This document shows positions 57,353 to 64,000 of a stretch of DNA of 64,000 nt, one piece after another. The translations under genes were made by a program, and so were the position numbers. The notes under the pieces are model-generated. The model had not been told where the DNA came from. It was given only the letters and a program-made list of their open reading frames with translations, and ran no database searches. Positions within the stretch are counted from its first letter, which is position 1. Every line of letters begins with the position of its first letter. Source of the stretch: Patescibacteria group bacterium (lineage in GTDB: Bacteria > Patescibacteriota > Minisyncoccia > Phycocordibacterales > UBA918); contig JAIELQ010000002.1 in assembly GCA_019752815.1 (NCBI GenBank), positions 4,739-68,738 of the forward strand, written 5' to 3'.

Positions 57353-57883
57353 ATGTCAGAACAACTCAAAGAAGAATCTCAAAAGACGGTAGTATCATTT
57401 GTCGTCGGACTTTTGGTGGGTGGACTCCTCGTGTGGGCGTTTACCGGAAACAGTAGTGAAGCTCCTAAAAAAGAAATGAAAGATGACAAGTCAGAAATGA
57501 CTACAGATGAAGAAGTGGCGACTCAAGAAGAAGTAGGAACTGACGAAGAAGAAACAACAACCGTACCAGTAGGCGAAGGATCTGTTAGTGTTGATGGTGA
57601 TGCTGCCGGCATGTCAGTATCTCTCGCTAATGTAACCTTTCCAGCAGAAGAAGGGTGGGTGGGAGTACGTAACCTAAACGAAGGTAAACTCGGAATGATT
57701 CTTGGTGTAGCTCGTTTCAGTGCTGAACAAGGACTTAATCCAAAAGAAATTCAACTCCTCACACCAACAGTGAGTGGTCGTGAATACGCCATTGTATTTT
57801 ACTCAGAAAGTGGAGATCGAAAGTTCAATTTGGCTGAGGATGTGCAACTTGAAGGTGAATTCGCTACATTCACCGCAAAGTAA
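57353..57883 (+). CDS. Hypothetical membrane-anchored acidic protein.
   Basis: A TM helix (VSFVVGLLVGGLLVWAF), followed by a Glu/Thr-rich linker and a beta-rich domain. Confidence 0.4.
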   Translation: MSEQLKEESQKTVVSFVVGLLVGGLLVWAFTGNSSEAPKKEMKDDKSEMTTDEEVATQEEVGTDEEETTTVPVGEGSVSVDGDAAGMSVSLANVTFPAEEGWVGVRNLNEGKLGMILGVARFSAEQGLNPKEIQLLTPTVSGREYAIVFYSESGDRKFNLAEDVQLEGEFATFTAK

Positions 57884-58088
57884 CAGTTAGTTCCAAAAAG
57901 CACGCATCTACGTTGTTGCCTGCGAGTTTTTGAAACTCAACGTACAAGTAAGTACGTCTCGTCTCAAAAACTCTTGTCGCCTAGTATCTGCATACTTTTA
58001 TGAAACAAACTCGGCTACTTAAGATAGTCTGAAACAAAATATCCCTAATGGGATTTTTTGTTTATGAGCATGATATAATTTCTGAATT

Positions 58089-58892
58089 ATGGCTGAATAC
58101 ACTAAAAAATATAATCCGAATCGATCAGCTGAATGGAACTACGGGGGAGATAAATGGAAATTGTCTCGGTCTAAAATAGATTTTTTTATTGAATGTCCCC
58201 GTTGCTTCTATATCGATAACAAACTCGGCACCAAACGTCCCGGCATGCCGAGCTTTAATCTCAACATAGCCGTTGATGAATTGTTCAAAAAAGAATTTGA
58301 TAGCCACCGAGCTGCCGGAACCAAACATCCGTTAATGAAAAAATACAACATTGATGCGGTGCCGTTTGCACACAAAGACCTTGATACCTGGCGAGATCCT
58401 TTTGTGGGACTTATGTATACCGATCCCGAAACTGGGCTGGTTGTTTCTGGTGGAATTGACGATGTGTGGCAACACAGTGACGGCTCACTTATTGTCGTGG
58501 ATTATAAAGCCACGAGTAAAGACGGTAGCATAACGAGCCTGGCTGATTCTGCCTGGGAAGAACAGTACGAACGGCAAATTGGTATTTACCAGTGGCTCTT
58601 TGAGAAAATGGGCTTCACGGTACATAAAACGGGATATTTTGTCTACGCGAACGCGCTAAAAACAGCAGATGGATTTAATGACACACTGACGTTTGAAACT
58701 ACAGTCATTCCCTGCACTGGAGACAACACCTGGCTACCAAACACCCTCCAAAACATCAAAAAATGCCTCGACAGCGACGAATATCCCGAGTCTGGACCTA
58801 AGTGTGAATACTGCCCCTATCGAGCAGCCTGCGGTCAAAAACTACAAGCCATACATGGAAATAGAAAAGAGAAAATAGGAAATGGAAAATGA
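58089..58892 (+). CDS. PD-(D/E)xK nuclease superfamily protein, Cas4/RecB-like with a 4-Cys cluster.
   Basis: IVVDYKATSK (DxK) and Cys residues at the N-terminus (CPRC) and C-terminus (CEYCPYRAAC) typical of Cas4-like Fe-S nucleases. Confidence 0.55.
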   Translation: MAEYTKKYNPNRSAEWNYGGDKWKLSRSKIDFFIECPRCFYIDNKLGTKRPGMPSFNLNIAVDELFKKEFDSHRAAGTKHPLMKKYNIDAVPFAHKDLDTWRDPFVGLMYTDPETGLVVSGGIDDVWQHSDGSLIVVDYKATSKDGSITSLADSAWEEQYERQIGIYQWLFEKMGFTVHKTGYFVYANALKTADGFNDTLTFETTVIPCTGDNTWLPNTLQNIKKCLDSDEYPESGPKCEYCPYRAACGQKLQAIHGNRKEKIGNGK

Positions 58893-59001
58893 TAGAAAAA
58901 TAGAATATTGGATATGGAAAATAGAAGATATAAACGCTTCGCGTTTCGTTCGTATTTTTCATTTTCAATTTTCAATTTTCCATATTAAATATACTTAGAA
59001 T

Positions 59002-59265
59002 ATGCTCACTTTCACCCAAAAAGTTCATAATGTTGTAAAAAAGATTCCTGCTGGTAAAGTCATGACGTACAAACAAGTAGCTGAAAAAGCCGGGAATGGT
59101 AAAGCAGCCCGAGCAGTAGCGAACCTGATGGCCAAGAACTATGACCTAACCATTCCGTGTCATCGGGTTATTCGGAGTGATGGGGGAGTTGGTGGTTACA
59201 ATCGTGGCGGAGAGTCAAAAAAGCGTGCTATATTACAAAGCGAAGGTTATGAAATGGTTAACTAA
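59002..59265 (+). CDS. Methylated-DNA-protein-cysteine methyltransferase (MGMT) catalytic/DNA-binding domain protein.
   Basis: The active-site motif IPCHRVI within an 87-aa protein. Confidence 0.7.
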   Translation: MLTFTQKVHNVVKKIPAGKVMTYKQVAEKAGNGKAARAVANLMAKNYDLTIPCHRVIRSDGGVGGYNRGGESKKRAILQSEGYEMVN

Positions 59266-59271
59266 TTATTC

Positions 59272-59643
59272 ATGGATACCACAACACTAAAACGGGAACT
59301 CGATGTCAACAAACGTAATTACGAAATCGCCGTTCAATCCAAAAGACGACTATCTAGTGAAGTCTTGAACACGCAATCAAAAGCTGCCACCTACAAACGT
59401 GATGCCGAAGCTGCAGTAAAAAAAGCTGAGCAGTACAAAATCGACTATGAAAAAGTTGAAACCGAACTAAAAACTAAGACTGAGGAGCTACGCAAGTTAG
59501 ACGAGCAAATTTCAAAATACACCCAAGACATTTCGAAACTTGAACAAGAGTTTAAAAAACTAACCGAGGAGATGCGCCGGGCAACGCAAAGCGCCGCAAA
59601 TGATAACGGTGCTCCGCAACAGAAAAAATCAAGCTGGCTATAA
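59272..59643 (+). CDS. Coiled-coil hypothetical protein of 123 aa.
   Basis: Heptad-like K/E-rich sequence. Confidence 0.4.
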   Translation: MDTTTLKRELDVNKRNYEIAVQSKRRLSSEVLNTQSKAATYKRDAEAAVKKAEQYKIDYEKVETELKTKTEELRKLDEQISKYTQDISKLEQEFKKLTEEMRRATQSAANDNGAPQQKKSSWL

Positions 59644-59652
59644 TTTACTATC

Positions 59653-60249
59653 ATGTACTCCTTTCGTATCGAGCAAGCAATCCGCGCTGCTGCCGTATTG
59701 CACCACGACCAAACCCGTAAAGGTTCAATGCCGTATCCCTACGTTACGCACCTCTATTCGGTTGCTCTCTCACTTACTGCCTACACTGATGATGAAAACG
59801 TTATCATTGCAGCACTACTCCACGACACTCTTGAAGATACCGATTACACCCTGGCGGAATTAACTGAGGATTTCGGAGGGACGGTCGCACAAATTGTTGA
59901 CACCCTCTCAGAGAGAAAAATGAATGGAGAAACCAAGGTACCGTGGGCCGATCGAAAAAAAGGCTACGCTAAACAACTTAAAAACGGACCGATCGAAGCG
60001 GTAATGATTGCCGCTGCGGATAAAATACATAATTTCCGCACTTCAATTGAGGAATACTACGAGGATCATAATCGTTTCCTCCAGGATTTTGGTAAAAACC
60101 TGGATGAACGAATTGAGGTCTACCAAACGATCGCCAACGTGATCAATAACAGACTAAACGGACCACTACTTTCAGAATTTAATCACGTGTTCGACGAATA
60201 CAAAAATTTCATCTATGACATCAAAAAAGCCCAAGAATTCAAGTTTTAA
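59653..60249 (+). CDS. HD-domain protein resembling the (p)ppGpp hydrolase domain of RelA/SpoT (small alarmone hydrolase-like).
   Basis: AAAVLHHDQ...LLHDTLEDT HD/ED motifs typical of the SpoT-type HD_4 domain. Confidence 0.5.
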   Translation: MYSFRIEQAIRAAAVLHHDQTRKGSMPYPYVTHLYSVALSLTAYTDDENVIIAALLHDTLEDTDYTLAELTEDFGGTVAQIVDTLSERKMNGETKVPWADRKKGYAKQLKNGPIEAVMIAAADKIHNFRTSIEEYYEDHNRFLQDFGKNLDERIEVYQTIANVINNRLNGPLLSEFNHVFDEYKNFIYDIKKAQEFKF

Positions 60250-62032
60250 ATACACACCAGAAACAAAACTACCAACATTAAAGAAAGTACAAACTGAATG
60301 GGATTTAAAGAGCCTCTACTACAAATCAGAAAAGGATCCCAAAATCGAAACTGATCTAGCAGATTACGAAGCAGCCATTGCGAATTTTGTTAAAAAGTAT
60401 GCCAATAAGGACTTCACCAGTACCAAAGCCAAGCTTCTGCCAGCGTTAGTTGATGCCTTGTCACTTAGTGAAAAAGTTGGTCATAAACCAGCATACTATT
60501 TTTCGTACCGTCTGGCGTTAAATTCTGCTGATACTGTAGCGCAAAAACGCCTGAATCAAATCGAAGCGCGCTTAACAAAAGCGGGGAACACGTTAGTGTT
60601 TTTTGAACTGGCGATTGGTAAAATTCCGGTTGCTCTACAAAAGGATATTCTAAAAGATAATGCCTTCGCCCTTTATCATTTCTACTTAACCGGCATTTTT
60701 GAAACGGCCAAATACAATCTGTCTGAACCAGAAGAAAAAATTCTCAATCTAAAATCACAAACATCAAGCAGTATGTGGGTGTCGGGTACCGAAAAAATCC
60801 TCGGCAGTACCTCAATCAAATACAAAGGCAAAGATGTTCCCCTAAACGGTGCCATGATGCAGTTTATGGACTTGCCGCCAAAAGAACGTCACATCATGTG
60901 GAATGCCATTGCCGAAGCCCTAAAGAAACTAGGGCCAATTGCTGAAAACGAACTCAATGCCGTGATCACCGATAAAAAAATCAATGACGAGCTCCGTGGC
61001 TTCAAGAAACCATACTCTGCAACTGTATTGAGTCATGACTTAACCGAAACCAGTCTTGAAGCGCTGGTTGATGCCATTTCCAATCGTGGGTACAAACTGA
61101 CTCGGAAGTTCTTTGCACATAAAGCAAAGCTCGCTGGAAAGAAGCTGTCATTTATCGATCGTGATTATTTTGGTGCAGCGCTCCCTAAAATTGATTTCAC
61201 GACAGCGACCGACATCTGTCGCGACTCGTTCTACAACTTCAATCCTATCTACGGCAAAATCTTTGATGAAATGCTCGAACGCGGACAAATTGACGTTTTT
61301 CCACGCCAAGGAAAAGGCGGCGGGGCATTTTGCTCAAGTGGTACCCACATGCCGACCCTCGTGCTACTTAATCACAGTAGTGACTTTCAGGCAGTCAGTA
61401 CCTTTGCCCACGAAATGGGTCACGCCGTGCACGCCTACCGTAGTAAACTGCAACCGTTGATGTATCAAGATCATTCAACTGTCACGGCTGAAACCGCCAG
61501 TACGTTTTTTGAATCAGTTGTGAGTCATAAACTCCTCGAAAAACTTGAGGGTGAACAACGGGTAGCAATGTTAAACACGCAAATCTGCGACAAGATTAAT
61601 ACCATCATCATGTGCATTGCGCGCTACAAGGCAGAACTCGAAATTCACGAAACTATCAGACGTGAAGGTGGTATGACGTGGCAAGAAATGAGTGCGTGTT
61701 TGGTACGCCATTTCCGAGACTACTGTGGATCAGCTATAGACTTTAACGAAACAGACGGCTACAACGTCATTGCTAAAATCCACTACCGCATGTACTTCTA
61801 CCAGTACAGTTACTCGTTTGGAAACCTCGCCAGTTCGATTATGTTCAAACGGTACAAAGACAATCCTGACTATGTAAACCAAGTTGATACCTTCTTAACT
61901 GCCGGTGACCACACCACAGTAGAAAAAATCTTCAAATCAATCGGTATTGATGTTTCCAAATCCGCGGCCTTTGACGAGGGCTTGGATTTACTCGAAGCTG
62001 ACATCAACGCTTTCATTAAAGCCACGAAATAA
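60215..62032 (+). CDS. pepF: Oligoendopeptidase F (M3B family metallopeptidase).
   Basis: The HEXXH motif (FAHEMGHAVHAY) in an M3-like context. The protein is 605 aa. Confidence 0.75.
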   Translation: MTSKKPKNSSFKYTPETKLPTLKKVQTEWDLKSLYYKSEKDPKIETDLADYEAAIANFVKKYANKDFTSTKAKLLPALVDALSLSEKVGHKPAYYFSYRLALNSADTVAQKRLNQIEARLTKAGNTLVFFELAIGKIPVALQKDILKDNAFALYHFYLTGIFETAKYNLSEPEEKILNLKSQTSSSMWVSGTEKILGSTSIKYKGKDVPLNGAMMQFMDLPPKERHIMWNAIAEALKKLGPIAENELNAVITDKKINDELRGFKKPYSATVLSHDLTETSLEALVDAISNRGYKLTRKFFAHKAKLAGKKLSFIDRDYFGAALPKIDFTTATDICRDSFYNFNPIYGKIFDEMLERGQIDVFPRQGKGGGAFCSSGTHMPTLVLLNHSSDFQAVSTFAHEMGHAVHAYRSKLQPLMYQDHSTVTAETASTFFESVVSHKLLEKLEGEQRVAMLNTQICDKINTIIMCIARYKAELEIHETIRREGGMTWQEMSACLVRHFRDYCGSAIDFNETDGYNVIAKIHYRMYFYQYSYSFGNLASSIMFKRYKDNPDYVNQVDTFLTAGDHTTVEKIFKSIGIDVSKSAAFDEGLDLLEADINAFIKATK

Positions 62033-62164
62033 GTTAAAAACAAACGAAAAACCCACCGAAGGCGGGAAGTTCGCATAGGTGGGCTTAGCCGTGCATACGG
62101 CGGGATTCAATTAGCTTTCGCGTCGACGCATCCGGATGATCCTGAAGAGCTTCCTTATTTGCCC

Positions 62165-62443
62165 TTATGCATGAAGTTTGTTTTTCCCTCGAACCGAGGT
62201 AAAAACTAATTGTGGTGTCTTTGGACGGGTGGGACGTGGTTTGGACGATTTAACAAATATCATCTTGGCCTTAGCGGCATCTGCGATTGTGCAGAGCTCT
62301 TGAATTACCGGCAAGATTTCTGGCAGTATCCGAGATGTCTCAGATCCATCAATGCGCTTCAGACGAGCGTGAAGTTTGTGTTCGGCGAGCTTCTTAATTG
62401 CAGAACGAACCGAGCTAACCTCAAGATCATGTTCGATGGTCAT
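62165..62443 (-). CDS. Hypothetical small protein of 92 aa.
   Basis: A strong RBS (AGGAGGAAGTAATG) precedes the start. Confidence 0.45.
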   Translation of the reverse strand: MTIEHDLEVSSVRSAIKKLAEHKLHARLKRIDGSETSRILPEILPVIQELCTIADAAKAKMIFVKSSKPRPTRPKTPQLVFTSVRGKNKLHA

Positions 62444-62583
62444 TACTTCCTCCTGTTTTGAACAAAAATACTGTACTATATAATCTCAAGATTGCAAGTG
62501 TATGCATACTCTTTAAGACAACCCCTCCTCGCCAAATAGTGAGAATTTGCTATAGTAACGAGTGTTAATTTAATATTAAATCT

Positions 62584-64000
62584 ATGTCAGGAAACGAGAT
62601 TCGGAGCAAATATTTGGAGTTTATGAAGGCAAACGGTCATGCGGTACTGCCTTCAGCTGCCTTGGTACCGGAAAACGACCCGACAACCCTCTTTACTGGT
62701 AGTGGAATGCAACCTTTGATCCCATACCTAATGGGAGAAAAACACCCACTGGGAGTCCGACTTACTGACTCCCAGAAGTGTTTCCGAGCTAATGACATCG
62801 AAGAAGTGGGGGACAACCGTCACACAACATTCTTTGAAATGTTAGGTAACTGGTCACTTGGTGATTACTTCAAGAAAGAGCAGTTGCGTTACTTCTTCAC
62901 GTATCTCGTGGACGAAGTTGGTCTTGACCCACAAAACATTTACGTATCTGTGTTTGCTGGGGATGAGAGTCTGGGTATTCCTCGTGATGATGAAGCAGTA
63001 GCTATTTGGAAGGAATTATTTGCTGAACGCGGGATTGATGCCAAAGACGTTTTTATTGGTACCGAAGAAAATGGATACGAAGTTGGAATGCAGGGTGGAC
63101 GAATCTTTTACTACGACGCAGCTAAAAACTGGTGGAGTCGTTCTGGTAAACCGTCTAATATGCCAGCTGGAGAAATTGGTGGTCCTGATAGTGAGATTTT
63201 TTATGACTTCGGACCAGAACATGCTACTCATCCAATATTCGGCAAACAACAACCGCACCCCAACAGTGACTCGGGGCAATTCTTGGAAATCGGTAACTCA
63301 GTATTTATTGAATACATTAAACAAGAAGATGGTTCTTTTACCAAACTACCACAACGAAACGTTGACTTTGGTGGAGGACTAGAACGTATCGCCGCTGCCA
63401 AGGTGAATGACCCTGATGTATTCAAAGTAGACTTACTAGCCACCGTAGTGACACAAATAGAAGAACTATCAGGCAAAAAGTACGCGGATAATCTGGTAGC
63501 ATTTCGGGTTATTACTGATCATATTCGGGGAGCAGTATTTCTAATCGGAGATGGCGTGTTTCCTGGCAATGCCGATCAAGGATATTTCGTACGACGACTA
63601 CTACGTCGAGCAGTGCGATTTGCTGACCAACTGCAGATTCCAGCGGGTAAATTTGCGGAACTATCCCAGAGTGTGATTGATACCTACAAAGATCACTATA
63701 CAAACCTTGCTGATAAAAAAGATATTATTATCGACACAATTAGTAAAGAGGAAGAGCAGTTTAGAAAAACCCTTGAGGCTGGTTTGAAACAGTTTAATAA
63801 AATCACTTTGCAAATTCATGTGGTGAGCAAAGAAGTTGATGGTAAAAAGGTGATTGATAAATCAGTAGCACCAACTACGAAACAAGCTATTTCCGGTAAA
63901 AACGCGTTTGAACTGTATACCACCTACGGTTTCCCGATTGAACTCACTGAAGAAATTGCCGCTGAAAAAGGGTTAATTGTCGAACGAGCTAGTTTTGATG
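62584..64000 (+). CDS. alaS: Alanyl-tRNA synthetase, 5' portion (the ORF runs off the window end).
   Basis: The N-terminus (LFTGSGM, QKCFRANDIEEVGDNRHTTFFEMLGNWSLGDYFK, GGGLERI) matches class II AlaRS catalytic motifs. No stop occurs before nt 64000. Confidence 0.85.
   Translation, partial: MSGNEIRSKYLEFMKANGHAVLPSAALVPENDPTTLFTGSGMQPLIPYLMGEKHPLGVRLTDSQKCFRANDIEEVGDNRHTTFFEMLGNWSLGDYFKKEQLRYFFTYLVDEVGLDPQNIYVSVFAGDESLGIPRDDEAVAIWKELFAERGIDAKDVFIGTEENGYEVGMQGGRIFYYDAAKNWWSRSGKPSNMPAGEIGGPDSEIFYDFGPEHATHPIFGKQQPHPNSDSGQFLEIGNSVFIEYIKQEDGSFTKLPQRNVDFGGGLERIAAAKVNDPDVFKVDLLATVVTQIEELSGKKYADNLVAFRVITDHIRGAVFLIGDGVFPGNADQGYFVRRLLRRAVRFADQLQIPAGKFAELSQSVIDTYKDHYTNLADKKDIIIDTISKEEEQFRKTLEAGLKQFNKITLQIHVVSKEVDGKKVIDKSVAPTTKQAISGKNAFELYTTYGFPIELTEEIAAEKGLIVERASFD

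Noticed and set aside
1-64000. A search for CRISPR arrays and rRNA genes.
   Set aside because: No regularly spaced 25-40-bp direct repeats with unique spacers were seen; only short tandem repeats at 39043 and 55303. No rRNA-like conserved segments were observed.

Overview
This window reads as a low-GC (roughly 40-45%), gene-dense bacterial chromosome with small-genome, CPR/Patescibacteria-like housekeeping content; that taxonomic reading is inference only.

Recognisable core genes: leuS, the alaS 5' end, ychF, mnmA, mltG, sppA, a TspO family protein, a DedA family protein, an MgtC family protein, an RND permease with its periplasmic adaptor, a histidine kinase with a stand-alone receiver, oligoendopeptidase F, and one tRNA-Ala(GGC). 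Several accessory regions sit between them.

- **Left edge, 1-4.3 kb:** the 3' end of a Type I hsdR, then a GmrSD-like Type IV restriction gene (DUF262/DUF1524), a tightly coupled small HEPN-like gene, and an Smr gene.
- **Around 9.4-11.3 kb:** the tRNA-Ala locus with a tRNA-like fragment on the opposite strand, and a GC-rich two-gene cassette with near-perfect sigma70 promoters and a duplicated ~55-bp terminator.
- **About 21.9-42.5 kb, the main finding:** an apparently integrated mobile element that ends in a large serine recombinase abutting and overlapping the 5' end of ychF. It carries:
  - an HU-like gene;
  - a membrane protein with an FtsK-gamma DNA-binding domain;
  - a PHP-domain/ATPase fusion resembling the single-gene Ppl anti-phage system;
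  - a co-directional operon of an SNF2 helicase, a beta-class N6-adenine methyltransferase with a large N-terminal extension, a Res-like DEAH helicase with a C-terminal PD...DxK nuclease motif, a small protein and a GIY-YIG nuclease. This looks like an atypical Type III / DISARM-like defence module and is the top candidate for an undescribed system;
  - an iteron-plus-HTH (Rep-like) module and a catalytically degenerate resolvase-domain gene.
- **leuS:** carries an inserted NUDIX-hydrolase domain with a complete Nudix box.

All calls rest on motif reading by eye. No database searches were run.
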